A DNA stretch of 64,000 nucleotides from Gammaproteobacteria bacterium (GCA_016195665.1 JACPZD010000001.1:282848-346847); one strand, 5' to 3'; numbered from the stretch's first letter, positions 1 to 9,441 are shown. Program-made: numbers and translations. The notes: generated by a model not told the origin, from the sequence alone.

Positions 1-104
1 TCATGATCGTTGCGCACCAGCCAGCGCGCCAGATTGTAGGCGGACTGCATGTGCGGCATGACCGTGTCTTCAAATCGCGCAAGTTTACTTTTCCACTCCA
101 CCAC
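1..104 (-). CDS. ECF-type RNA polymerase sigma factor, N-terminal fragment (gene continues beyond window start)
   Basis: Minus-strand translation reads (V)EWKSKLARFEDTVMPHMQSAYNLARWLVRNDH..., typical of the sigma-70 region 2 start of ECF sigma factors. GTG start at 104/101 is preceded by AAGGAAA. The gene is truncated by the window edge. Confidence 0.4.
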   Translation of the reverse strand, partial: MVEWKSKLARFEDTVMPHMQSAYNLARWLVRNDH

Positions 105-509
105 GTTTCCTTATCTGTATTCTAAGACTGGCTGATCGGCGATTTTATTCCCGCGGCGAATTAATCGCCTTCGCGGGAATATTTTTTGTTGAAAAAGGTT
201 ATACGGGTACACAACATAACCTATTTTCTAGCTTTAACCTAGCCCACATAGAGGAAACTATGAAGATCTCAGATCACGTTTTATTGAGCGCCGCATTTGG
301 CTTCACCCTATCTACTGCCGCCCTTTCGTATCAACCTTGAGATGGCGGATCACATAGCGAGCGCCGATGAGGAATCGACGTTATGAAGCCCACAGATACT
401 GAAAGCGCCAAGACTCTCTTACTGCTGATGGCGCCCAGATTGATGCCAATGAAGAATATCCACTGAACTGCGAAGTCGGGATGGGTCCGGGTGGAGATCA
501 TTTTCACAT

Positions 510-1342
510 GAACCTATCTCAAAATCACGTTATGACCAGAATATCGTATAATTGCCTTCGTGCTACGACTGAGCGACCAACACTGGAATCGTATCTGGGA
601 ACACTTTCCAGAGGAACACATTCCTGCTGGTCGAGCGGGTCGCAAACCCATTCCCGCCCGCCAGGTACTTGAAGCCGTTCTCTGGATTCTCAATACGGGT
701 GCTCAGTGGCACATGCTGCCGCAGTGCTACCCGAATTACAAAACGGTGCATCGCCGTTTTCAACAAGGGTGCCGGAGCGAAGTGCTGCGTGATGTGATGA
801 CCGATCTGGCGAATACGCTGCGGAATGAAGGTGTGCCCGGCGAATCGGAATGCTTTATTGATGCCGCCTTTGCATCGGCCAAGGGCGGTGGTGACGAGAC
901 CGGCCTGACCAAGCGCGGTAAGGGCGTGAAAATCATGGCAATTGTTGACCGTCATGGGCTTCCGTTGGCGGTCAGTACCCACGCCGCGAATCATCACGAA
1001 GTCACGCTGGTGCAGTTGAGCTTTGATTTCTACATGATTGAAGCGAAGCCGGAGAATCTGACCGGTGACCGCGCCTACGATAGCGGCAACTTGGACGACG
1101 AACTGCGGCAAGAGGGCATCGAGATGATCGCACCGCATCGAAAGAATCGGAAAAAAGCCAGGACGCAGGACGGTCGTCGTCTGCGCCGTTACGAGCGGCG
1201 ATGGATGGTCGAGCGATTCTTTGCGTGGATTCAATGGCAACGTCGTCTCCTGGTTCGCTGGGAATATTACGCCGAGAACTTTCTCGGATTCGTTCAATTG
1301 GCAACCATCGGTGTCTTGCTCAGGCAATTTTGAGATAGGTTC
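510..1342 (+). mobile_element. IS5-family (IS427/ISL2-group-like) insertion sequence, about 833 bp
   Basis: Perfect 16-bp terminal inverted repeats: GAACCTATCTCAAAAT at 510-525 and ATTTTGAGATAGGTTC at 1327-1342. They flank a single 257-aa DDE transposase ORF. Confidence 0.8.
560..1333 (+). CDS. IS5-family DDE transposase
   Basis: N-terminal HTH region (QHWNRIWEHFPEE...RKPIPARQVLEAVLWILNTGAQWHMLP) and C-terminal DDE region typical of IS5/IS427-group transposases. The ORF ends inside the right IR. Confidence 0.85.
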   Translation: MLRLSDQHWNRIWEHFPEEHIPAGRAGRKPIPARQVLEAVLWILNTGAQWHMLPQCYPNYKTVHRRFQQGCRSEVLRDVMTDLANTLRNEGVPGESECFIDAAFASAKGGGDETGLTKRGKGVKIMAIVDRHGLPLAVSTHAANHHEVTLVQLSFDFYMIEAKPENLTGDRAYDSGNLDDELRQEGIEMIAPHRKNRKKARTQDGRRLRRYERRWMVERFFAWIQWQRRLLVRWEYYAENFLGFVQLATIGVLLRQF

Positions 1343-1957
1343 TAATCATTTTCGCATATAGGTGGGTAATAAAAGAGGGCCCGGATAGCACACCGCTCAG
1401 AGCACCTATACCTTGCCTGCGATGAGTCCCGGTGAACATGTCATCAGCATCAAGGTGGTGGATAAAGGGCATGTGCCGGCTGACCCGGAAAAGACGATCA
1501 AGATTACGGCCAAATAAGTTTTGGCATGACCAATCTCGTTTATACCTTAGTACAGTTCATCCACAACTTCGGGGCCGCCGCGGTCGTTGACGGCTCCGCC
1601 GCAGCGTGACGGTTGGCGCGTGATAGTGTGTCGGCGCAGCTCAAGTCGGCCGCACTTGTGGCAGTGGGCTGGGGGCACAGATCACGACAGCGGAATTGGT
1701 TTTGGCCTGATCAGCTATTACCTAAAAGGCCATCTTCCAGAAATTGAAGGCGTAGCGTTACCGGCGTTAATTATCAAGGTGTCGTGCGCATTGTTCAGCC
1801 TTGTATTGATAACCAGGTATCTGCTCAACCCTCCGCAAAGGCATTGTCAGAAAACATGGGGCGTGGGGCCCTGGGGCGTGAATCCGACACTCAGCGTCAT
1901 CGCATTGGGTGCTGCAGCGTTTCCGCGTCGGTATCTGTGACTGCACAATGCAGCGAA

Positions 1958-1990
1958 TAAAAAAAACGGACACTCTTGAGTGTCCGTTTA
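1958..1990 (-). terminator. Rho-independent terminator downstream of porin gene
   Basis: Hairpin AACGGACACTC-TTGA-GAGTGTCCGTT flanked by an A-run (T-run on the minus strand), immediately 3' of the porin CDS. Confidence 0.6.
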
Positions 1991-2036
1991 AGACGCCACT
2001 ATAGCTTAATACGCAGACTATAGTTTAAGGAGAAAA

Positions 2037-3089
2037 TTAGAAGTCGTGATTGATGCCGATGGAGAAGGTCGAGGGATCTTGCCCGGCCACAGCGACCGCC
2101 ACCGCGCCGCTGGAGGCACCGGGGGCGAGGCCGTATTGAGCCCCGCTGTCGTTGCGGGTCTTGGCGTAGAGGGCATAAACCTCGGTGCGCTTGGAGAGTC
2201 TATGCGAGAGTCCGGCGAGGTAGAAGTTGGCGCCGGTATTACTGGCCAAGGCATTGTTACCCGCACGACCATAGGCCAGGCTGACCGTGTTGTCACCGAT
2301 ATTGTGGGCGAGGCTCGCGTACCAGGCATTGCGGTCAAAGGCAGTCGCTGCGCCGCTCTCCGATAATTTTTCATACACCAGGCCGAGCTTGGTCTTCTCT
2401 TGGAAGGTGTAACCAAGGCCGGCCTTGAGGCCTTGGGTGTCGTTCTTGCCGCCGCTTCCTTCACGGTTGTGTTTCTCATACGCCAGGCCGACCGCGAAGG
2501 GGCCGCTGTCATAGGTGCCGCTCAAACTGTAGCGATCCTGGTTCACGCCGCTGACCTCGCCGGCCCGGTATTGGGCCCTGAACTGCAGACCGTCGAACTT
2601 GGGACTCCAGTAGTTGACTGTGTTGGGCTCGCGCTGGAAAAATTTTGTCCCGCCGCCCGTGCTGATGCTGCCGATGATGTTGCGGTAGTCGCCCATGGTG
2701 TCGCTGAACACGGCCATCTTGCCGGTGGACATGCGGTAAGGGCTGTCGTGGATACCGAGGGCAACCGTACCGAAGCCACCGGCTAGGCCGACAAAGCTGT
2801 TGCGTCCACCACCGAACAGCGTGCCGGTTTTCCCAGCGCCGTCATCCATGTTGACGCCGGTCTCCATTTGAAAGATAGCTTTGAGGCCGTTGCCAAGATC
2901 TTCTGTCCCCTTCACGCCCAGACGTGAAATGGCGTCGCTGACTTTGGTGACGTTGCTGGCGCCGGTATCGGTGAAATCCACCGACAACCGCGCCTTGCCA
3001 TAGAGGGTGATATTGTCTGCGGCCTGCGCTCCCACAGGCAATGCGGCCGCGAGGGCGAGGGCGGTTAGTTTTGTGTTGCACAATCTCAT
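2037..3089 (-). CDS. Outer-membrane general porin (Gram-negative porin superfamily)
   Basis: Signal peptide MRLCNTKLTALALAAALPVGAQA, beta-rich Gly/Tyr-rich sequence and a C-terminal ...GINHDF ending in Phe. ATG at 3089 is preceded by AAGGAGAA. The ORF-track start at 3164 is an upstream in-frame extension. Confidence 0.8.
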   Translation of the reverse strand: MRLCNTKLTALALAAALPVGAQAADNITLYGKARLSVDFTDTGASNVTKVSDAISRLGVKGTEDLGNGLKAIFQMETGVNMDDGAGKTGTLFGGGRNSFVGLAGGFGTVALGIHDSPYRMSTGKMAVFSDTMGDYRNIIGSISTGGGTKFFQREPNTVNYWSPKFDGLQFRAQYRAGEVSGVNQDRYSLSGTYDSGPFAVGLAYEKHNREGSGGKNDTQGLKAGLGYTFQEKTKLGLVYEKLSESGAATAFDRNAWYASLAHNIGDNTVSLAYGRAGNNALASNTGANFYLAGLSHRLSKRTEVYALYAKTRNDSGAQYGLAPGASSGAVAVAVAGQDPSTFSIGINHDF

Positions 3090-3237
3090 TGATGTTCTCC
3101 TTATCGAGTAGTTTATAAGCTGGCTAAAAGTGCCCATAGCTTGCGGGAGAAAAGTTACAGGCATATGAAATAATTGTTACAAAACGGAGACAGTGACTCA
3201 TTCCGCGGCATTGGTTGTTGTCGAAAATTTCATTTAG

Positions 3238-3255
3238 CCGTCATTTATTTGTCAT
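3238..3255 (+). promoter_or_regulatory. Candidate Pho box (PhoB binding site)
   Basis: CCGTCAT-TTAT-TTGTCAT: two 7-bp direct repeats matching CTGTCAT at 6/7 each, with the canonical 4-bp AT-rich spacer (11-bp periodicity). A -10-like TAGTAA lies about 12 bp downstream. Confidence 0.45.
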
Positions 3256-3365
3256 GAGGAGAGGGCATAGTAACGCTGACGTAGCAACCCCTGACCCTCA
3301 CTTTAAGATCAAAAAGGAAGATTAAACGCTTCTAATCATAACGAAGTCTCCGCCCGTTGCACCTT

Positions 3366-3396
3366 CCAGCCGCGCCTTGAGCGCGGCTTTTTTTTG
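3366..3396 (+). terminator. Plus-strand intrinsic terminator or attenuator in the leader upstream of the phytase-like gene
   Basis: GC-rich hairpin GCCGCGC-CTTGA-GCGCGGC followed by T9. No plus-strand CDS ends here. Confidence 0.55.
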
Positions 3397-3565
3397 ATTG
3401 TTTGGATGTCGCGGACCGCCCTGTCAGAGTGTCACATTGCCTTATAAAAAACTTCACAAGACCTTCATGAGACGGCCATCTTTCGCAGTTAACCTGCCGC
3501 AGTATTACTCGCCCGGCATTGGGGCGAATCTAATCTACGATACCTATTCCATCACAGGAGGCAAC

Positions 3566-6052
3566 ATGAAACCCAGACTGCTTACGTTAGCGATTTCGCT
3601 CTCGGTGGCGAGCGCAGCCGCCCAGGCCGACGTCACCTTGCAAGGCCGGGCCATACTCCCCGCCGACACCTTTGCGGCAGGCCCGACTTCCGGCGCCCAT
3701 ATCGGCGGCGGCGCCAATGGCCGAGCGGCCCCCTTTATCAACAAGCAGCCGGTGCAGGGCTTTTCCGCCGTGCTGAAAAATAACGACGGCACGTTTTACG
3801 TCATGTCCGACAATGGCTTCGGCAGCCTGGAGAACTCCGCCGATTATAATTTGCGCGTGTATCACATCCGCCCGCAATTCAAGACCAAGGAAGGCGGCTC
3901 GGGTGAGATTCAGGTCATGCACCATTTTGAATTGCGCGATCCTGACCACAAGATTCCGTTCGCCATCACCCACCATTTCAGCAGTGCGCGCGTTCTCACC
4001 GGCTCGGATTTTGATATCGAGTCCATGCAGCGCACGGCGGACGGCACATTCTGGTTTGGCGATGAGTTCGGCCCGTTTTTGATCCACACCGATGCGACCG
4101 GCAAGGTGCTGGAAGCACCGGTTGCCTTACCCGATTATGCTAATGACGTACAGGGACGTACTAATGTCGCGGGAGGCAGGATGCCGGGAGCGACCTCCGG
4201 CAAGGAAATACGCTCGCCGCAAAATCCCTACAATGAGGAATCAAGCGCGGTGCGGGTGATGAACGCGGTGCGCGCGCATGCTCAGGCAAATGGCGCGAAC
4301 AGTGCGGTGGTGTTCTCGCCCTGGCACGTGATGCTGGATGACGCCAACTCCAATACCTTTGTCGACAACCGCAAGACACCGCCTCTGGGCTCCGGTTTAG
4401 CCGCGGCATCGAGTGACATTTTTAATGTGAAATCCATCAAGTCGGCGGGGTACCCCGTGGTCACCTGGACGGTGAATGACAAGCCGCGCATGCTGGAGCT
4501 GATGAAGCTCGGTGTGAACGGCATCATCTCGGACCGTCCCGATGTGCTGATACAGGCCGCTCAGGAATTCGACGCCAACGGCGACGGCGCGCCTGGCGAT
4601 TTCATTGGCGCCGATGGGCTGATTGACATCAGCAAATTCGACGCGCAAGGCCATCGCGGCGGGCGCAACCTGCGCCCGGAGAATACCCTGCCCGCAATGG
4701 AGGCGGCGCTCGATAATCTGATGACCACGCTGGAAACCGATAACGGCGTGAGCCAGGACGGTGTGCCGGTACTCAATCACGACCCGCACATCCAGGCGCA
4801 AAAATGCCGCCGCGCGGATGGCACGGCTTACACGGAGGCCGATGAGGTGCTGGTGAAAGACCTGACGCTGGCCGAAATACAGACCCAATTCATCTGCGAC
4901 AAGGTGTTCCGCGGCCCCGATCAGCAGAACAATCCTGCTCTTTCGCCGGTGGCGGTAGCCTTCGCCGCCTCGCACGGCCTCACGCATCCCTACGTCATGC
5001 CGTCCACACAGCAACTGTTCGATTTTGTGAACACCTATGTGGATTACTATCGCAGCGGTATAGGCAGTGCACACCCCAACGCCGCGAAACGCTGGAAGAA
5101 TGCGCTCAAGGTGCGTTACAACATCGAGACCAAGATCAACCCGCGCGCCGAGTTCGCAGCCCGCACCATCGGGCACGAACCGTTTGCCGCCACGGTCGCG
5201 ACTGTGATCGCCGACAACGGTTTGCAAACCCGTGCCGACATTCAATCGTTCGATTTCCGCACCCTGCTCGACGTGCACAAGACCTATCCCGGCATCCGCA
5301 CGGTGTTTCTGTTCGGCGATTTTCCGATCTACGCCGATTCGGCCATCGCCGGTTCCGATGACGGCACCAACTTGCAGGACGAACACGGCGCCAACACACC
5401 GTGGCTGGCCGGTCTGCAATGGCCGTATCGCGTCACCAAAGACAGCGCGCCGTTCCGCGCGCAACAGAGCGGCGGATTTGAAGGCATGGCGCTGTCCAGC
5501 GACGGGAGCAAACTCTACCCGCTATTGGAACGCCCGCTCGCCGGTGACGACGCCAAGACCTTGCTGATTCACGAGTACGACATCGCCGGCAAGTCCTACA
5601 CCGGTAAGCAACATAAATACCGTCTGGATACGCGCGGCACCAATATCGGCGACTTCATCCTTTATAACAAGGAAGAAGGCCTGGTGATTGAACGCGACGG
5701 CACACAGGGAGACCTCAACGGCTTTAAAAAGCTGTTCAAGATCGAGCTGGAGGATCACGGCGAGTATGTGGAGAAGAAAGAGGCTGCCGACTTGCTGCGC
5801 ATCAAGGATCCGCATCGCATCAGTGAACCGGTGCAGACGGGCGATGTCGGAACCGGCTTTAACTTCGCCTTCCCGTTCGTGACCATCGAGGACGTGGTGG
5901 TGCTCGACAGCAAGACACTCGGTGTACTGAACGATAACAACTATCCGTTCAGCGTGGGTCGCCATGTCGGCACAAGCCAGCCGGATGACAACGAATTCAT
6001 CCTCATCAAGCTGGAGCAGGCCCTGGATAGCAAGGAAAAGGACAAGAAGTAA
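3566..6052 (+). CDS. Secreted multidomain phosphoesterase: phytase-like esterase domain interrupted by glycerophosphodiester phosphodiesterase (GDPD) domain
   Basis: Signal peptide MKPRLLTLAISLSVASAAAQA after AGGAGG. N-terminal (FSAVLKNNDGTFYVMSDNGFG) and C-terminal (FEGMALSSDGSKLY...FPFVTIEDVVVLD) parts match the phytase-like esterase fold. GDPD signatures lie in the middle (HRGGRNLRPENTLPAMEAA; LETDNGVSQDGVPVLNHD; VTWTVND...GVNGIISDRPD). Confidence 0.8.
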   Translation: MKPRLLTLAISLSVASAAAQADVTLQGRAILPADTFAAGPTSGAHIGGGANGRAAPFINKQPVQGFSAVLKNNDGTFYVMSDNGFGSLENSADYNLRVYHIRPQFKTKEGGSGEIQVMHHFELRDPDHKIPFAITHHFSSARVLTGSDFDIESMQRTADGTFWFGDEFGPFLIHTDATGKVLEAPVALPDYANDVQGRTNVAGGRMPGATSGKEIRSPQNPYNEESSAVRVMNAVRAHAQANGANSAVVFSPWHVMLDDANSNTFVDNRKTPPLGSGLAAASSDIFNVKSIKSAGYPVVTWTVNDKPRMLELMKLGVNGIISDRPDVLIQAAQEFDANGDGAPGDFIGADGLIDISKFDAQGHRGGRNLRPENTLPAMEAALDNLMTTLETDNGVSQDGVPVLNHDPHIQAQKCRRADGTAYTEADEVLVKDLTLAEIQTQFICDKVFRGPDQQNNPALSPVAVAFAASHGLTHPYVMPSTQQLFDFVNTYVDYYRSGIGSAHPNAAKRWKNALKVRYNIETKINPRAEFAARTIGHEPFAATVATVIADNGLQTRADIQSFDFRTLLDVHKTYPGIRTVFLFGDFPIYADSAIAGSDDGTNLQDEHGANTPWLAGLQWPYRVTKDSAPFRAQQSGGFEGMALSSDGSKLYPLLERPLAGDDAKTLLIHEYDIAGKSYTGKQHKYRLDTRGTNIGDFILYNKEEGLVIERDGTQGDLNGFKKLFKIELEDHGEYVEKKEAADLLRIKDPHRISEPVQTGDVGTGFNFAFPFVTIEDVVVLDSKTLGVLNDNNYPFSVGRHVGTSQPDDNEFILIKLEQALDSKEKDKK

Positions 6053-6164
6053 CGCTGACTAACGGCACGGCCGCGCCGAAGGCGCGGCCGGAGCCCTTCG
6101 ATTTCGCCACTACGAGCGGTCCTTGTGTTGGGCCTGTGGCAGTACCGGACTCAATGGGAGGTTG

Positions 6165-6308
6165 ATGATGATTAAATTGACGATGATTAAACCCGTTTGG
6201 CTGTTTTATCTCTTCTTGGGTGTCATTTATATCCTGGGCGCTGCTTACGTCGCCATCGCTGGTGACATAACTCCGGTCGTAACCCATGGAACCGCGCCGG
6301 AGATGTGA
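6165..6308 (+). CDS. Hypothetical small membrane protein (47 aa)
   Basis: GGGAGG RBS 6 nt before ATGATG; one hydrophobic helix (KPVWLFYLFLGVIYILGAAYVAIAG). No recognised family. Confidence 0.3.
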   Translation: MMIKLTMIKPVWLFYLFLGVIYILGAAYVAIAGDITPVVTHGTAPEM

Positions 6309-6544
6309 CTCCCAGCAGCGGGGTCATTTGGGCGCGAGGAAGCAGTGCGGGATTTATGCACGTGAGCATATCGCGAAATCCTAACGGGCTGGGTTCCGCC
6401 CGGCAGAGTGTGCGCGTTCACAGCACGGACGATTACACCGGCAAGGTATTGTTGAGCGGTCTGGAGGCCGATACGGCGGCTATCCGCGATATCAACGGCA
6501 CAATCAAGTATCAAACCACGCTGGCGCCCGTCATACAGCATTAA
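6305..6544 (+). CDS. Hypothetical protein (79 aa), possibly translationally coupled
   Basis: GTG start overlaps the TGA of the preceding small ORF (GTGA). Lies just upstream of the 5'-nucleotidase gene. No family recognised. Confidence 0.25.
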   Translation: MTPSSGVIWARGSSAGFMHVSISRNPNGLGSARQSVRVHSTDDYTGKVLLSGLEADTAAIRDINGTIKYQTTLAPVIQH

Positions 6545-6575
6545 CCTAAACCACAACTTTTAGAGAGAGGTCATC

Positions 6576-8444
6576 ATGAAGACAAGCATTGTTATCAAAT
6601 CCTGGCTGGTTGCCCTGCTCCTCACCGCAACAACAGGTGCGCAGGCCCTGGACAACATCAACGCCATCGAGGCTCACCAAGAACACCCCGATCTGCACGG
6701 TGATGACGATGATGCCGCACTTCGCGAAATCGCCGCGCAGCGTGTGCACTGGCTGCGTGCGGGACCGATTGCCAACCCGGAGTCGTGGCTGCACGTCAAA
6801 ATCCTCGGCATCAACGACTTCCACGGCCAATTGTCCACCGGACGGCGCGTGGCTAACCGTCCGGTGGGCGGCGCTGCGATACTCGCGTCGTATCTCCATG
6901 CCGCACAACAGGGTGTCAACGACCGCGCCGTGATCGTGCATGCGGGCGATCATGTCGGCGCCTCGCCGCCCGCCTCCGCCTTGCTGCAAGACGAACCCTC
7001 CATTCAGTTTTTGAATTTGCTCGCCAACGAGGATTGTGAGTTCAGCGAGAATGACGATAGACCAGAAAAGGACGACGTGAAAAAGATTCATGAAGAGCAG
7101 CATGAACACGAACGGGATGATTTTGACCCGCGCTGCAATCTGGTGGGCACGCTCGGCAATCACGAGTTCGACGAAGGCGTGACCGAATTGCAGCGCCTGC
7201 TGCACGGCGGCAACCACGTAAATGGCCCGTATCTCGAAGACCCGTATCGCGGCGCCAGCTTTCCGTACGTGTCGGCCAACGTGGTGGACGCGGTAACCGG
7301 CAAACCCATTCTGCCGCCCTACGTCATCAAAAAAGTGCGCGGCATGCCCATCGCCTTCATCGGCGCGGTACTGAAGGAGACGCCGACCATCGTTACTCCG
7401 ACAGGCGTTGCGGGCTTGCGCTTCCTCGATGAGGCGGACAGTATCAACGCCTATATCCCCGAACTGCGCGCGCAGAAGGTACGCGCCATGGTGGTGTTGA
7501 TCCATCAGGGCGGGCGTCAGACCAGCTATCAAGGCCCGACGCTGCCCAACGGCATGGTGAGCGGCGAGATTGTGAACATCGTGTCGCGCCTGGACGATGA
7601 AGTGGACGTGGTGATGTCCGGCCACTCGCATTCCTTCACCAATGCAATTCTTAAGAATAATCGCGGTAAAGACATTCTCGTTACTCAAGCCTTCTCGGCG
7701 AGCACCGCTTATGCGGACATTGATGTGGAGATTGATCCGGCGACCAAGGATATCGTGAAAAAATCCGCCCGGATCGTCACAACCTACGGCGACTCCGGGC
7801 CGGGCCTCACGCCGGACAGCCAAGTCGCCGAGCTGGTCGCCCAGGCCGAGCAAAAGGTCGCCCCGCTCGTCAACCGCGTGATCGGCACGGCACAAGCCGA
7901 CATCACCCGTACCCAAACCAGCGCGGGCGAATCCGCGCTGGGTAATTTAATCGCCGACGCCCAGCGCACCGCGATGCAAACGGACTTCGCCTTCATGAAT
8001 CCGGGCGGCATCCGCGCCGATCTCGATGCCGGACCGGTTACTTGGGGTGAACTATTCACCATACAACCGTTCGGCAATAGCTTGGTCAGGATGGAACTCA
8101 CCGGTCAGCAGATCTACGACCTGCTCAATCAACAATGGCTCAATCAGCCCTTCCCGCGCATCCTGCAAATTTCCGGCCTGACCTATACGTGGGATAACGC
8201 ACGACCCGTCGGCAATCGCATTGTCGAGGTGCGCAGGAACGGCGCGCCGATCAATCTCGTGCAGTACTACAGCGTCACCGCCAACAGCTTCATCGCCGCA
8301 GGCGGCGACAATTTCACCGTCTTTAACCAGGGTCTCACCCGGGTGGGTGGGCCGCTCGATCTCGACGCATTGATTGTCTACATCAGTGCCCTGCCGCAGC
8401 CGTTCAGCGCCACGCTGGAAGGCCGCATCGCGCGAATCAATTAA
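6576..8444 (+). CDS. Secreted bifunctional metallophosphatase/5'-nucleotidase (UshA-like)
   Basis: Signal peptide MKTSIVIKSWLVALLLTATTGAQA. Calcineurin-like motifs GDHVGASP and GNHEFDEG, plus a C-terminal 5'-nucleotidase substrate-binding domain. RBS GAGAGAGG. Confidence 0.85.
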   Translation: MKTSIVIKSWLVALLLTATTGAQALDNINAIEAHQEHPDLHGDDDDAALREIAAQRVHWLRAGPIANPESWLHVKILGINDFHGQLSTGRRVANRPVGGAAILASYLHAAQQGVNDRAVIVHAGDHVGASPPASALLQDEPSIQFLNLLANEDCEFSENDDRPEKDDVKKIHEEQHEHERDDFDPRCNLVGTLGNHEFDEGVTELQRLLHGGNHVNGPYLEDPYRGASFPYVSANVVDAVTGKPILPPYVIKKVRGMPIAFIGAVLKETPTIVTPTGVAGLRFLDEADSINAYIPELRAQKVRAMVVLIHQGGRQTSYQGPTLPNGMVSGEIVNIVSRLDDEVDVVMSGHSHSFTNAILKNNRGKDILVTQAFSASTAYADIDVEIDPATKDIVKKSARIVTTYGDSGPGLTPDSQVAELVAQAEQKVAPLVNRVIGTAQADITRTQTSAGESALGNLIADAQRTAMQTDFAFMNPGGIRADLDAGPVTWGELFTIQPFGNSLVRMELTGQQIYDLLNQQWLNQPFPRILQISGLTYTWDNARPVGNRIVEVRRNGAPINLVQYYSVTANSFIAAGGDNFTVFNQGLTRVGGPLDLDALIVYISALPQPFSATLEGRIARIN

Positions 8445-8469
8445 CCACTCTCTCACACAGGAGCAGATC

Positions 8470-9441
8470 ATGCACAAGCTGATATTTCTTATACTCACCG
8501 CTGTTGCGGCCGTTCAAACGGTATATGCCGACCCCACCGAAAAAGAGGGCCTGAATACACCACGGTTCGCATTCGCCCTGATTGGCGACCTGCCATATAA
8601 CCAGCGTCAACTGCAAACTTTTCCGGACTTTCTGCGCACCCTGGATGCCGAGAAATTGGCCTTTGTGGTGCACGACGGCGATTTCAAAAACGGCAGATCG
8701 CTGTGCGACGACGCCACCTTTTATCAGCGCAAGACCTTGTTTGACGCCTCCGCCCATCCGTTCATTTTTATCCCCGGCGACAATGAATGGACGGATTGCC
8801 ACCGCGCCAACAACGGCGCCTACGATCCGCTGGAGCGCCTCAATAAACTGCGTGAATTGTTTTTTGCAGGCGATTACAGCCTAGGGCAGCGCACCTTGCA
8901 ACTCACCCGCCAGAGCGCCGATCCCCATTATGCCAAATTCCGCGAGAACGTGATGTGGAGCTACGGTGACGCGATCTTCGCCGGATTGAATGTCCCCGGC
9001 AGCAACAACAACCTGGGACGCACCCCGGCGATGGATGCCGAATATCAGGAACGCAACGCCGCCAACCTGGCTTGGCTGAAGCAAGCCTTCAGCACCGCCA
9101 GGCAACACAGCAGCCTGGGCGTGATGATCATCATCCAGGCTGATCCGGGCTTCGAGCTTGCGTCCACCGACCCGCAGCGCACCGGTTATAACGATTTTCT
9201 AAAGGCACTGGAACAAGAAACTCTCGCCTACGGCAAACCGGTGGTGCTGGTACACGGCGACAGCCATTATTTCCGCATAGATAAACCGCTGCTTGACAGC
9301 CGTGCTCAACAGCGCATCGCGCGCTTCACGCGCGTAGAAACCTTTGGCGAAGCGGATACCGGCTGGCTGCGGGTTGAGGTGGATCCCAGGGATGCGAACC
9401 TGTTTGTGTTTAAACCCTATTTACTGGAATCCGGGGAATAG
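8470..9441 (+). CDS. Secreted metallophosphoesterase (calcineurin-like phosphatase)
   Basis: Signal peptide MHKLIFLILTAVAAVQTVYA after CAGGAGCAG. Motifs GDLPYN, HDGDFKNG, GDNEW and VHGDSHY of the metallophosphatase fold. Directly follows the 5'-nucleotidase gene. Confidence 0.75.
   Translation: MHKLIFLILTAVAAVQTVYADPTEKEGLNTPRFAFALIGDLPYNQRQLQTFPDFLRTLDAEKLAFVVHDGDFKNGRSLCDDATFYQRKTLFDASAHPFIFIPGDNEWTDCHRANNGAYDPLERLNKLRELFFAGDYSLGQRTLQLTRQSADPHYAKFRENVMWSYGDAIFAGLNVPGSNNNLGRTPAMDAEYQERNAANLAWLKQAFSTARQHSSLGVMIIIQADPGFELASTDPQRTGYNDFLKALEQETLAYGKPVVLVHGDSHYFRIDKPLLDSRAQQRIARFTRVETFGEADTGWLRVEVDPRDANLFVFKPYLLESGE

Noticed and set aside
481-672. 63-aa ORF overlapping the left IR and transposase start
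   Set aside because: It crosses the IS boundary, has no RBS and is not characteristic of an IS427-type orfA. It is likely spurious.
563-1327. 254-aa ORF antisense to the IS transposase
   Set aside because: It is a mirror-frame ORF fully inside a well-supported transposase gene. It has no independent signals; this is typical of high-GC antisense frames.
1587-1940. 117-aa ORF between IS and porin terminator
   Set aside because: It has no RBS, odd composition and no family resemblance. The region looks like decayed remnant DNA.
4397-5464. 355-aa ORF antisense to the phytase-like gene (and similar long antisense ORFs at 6546-7916, 9495-10343, 36112-36981, 16192-16848, 32443-33372)
   Set aside because: Each lies entirely within a confidently assigned gene on the opposite strand. 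The sequences are Arg/Ala/Gly-rich low-complexity, as expected for GC-rich antisense frames.
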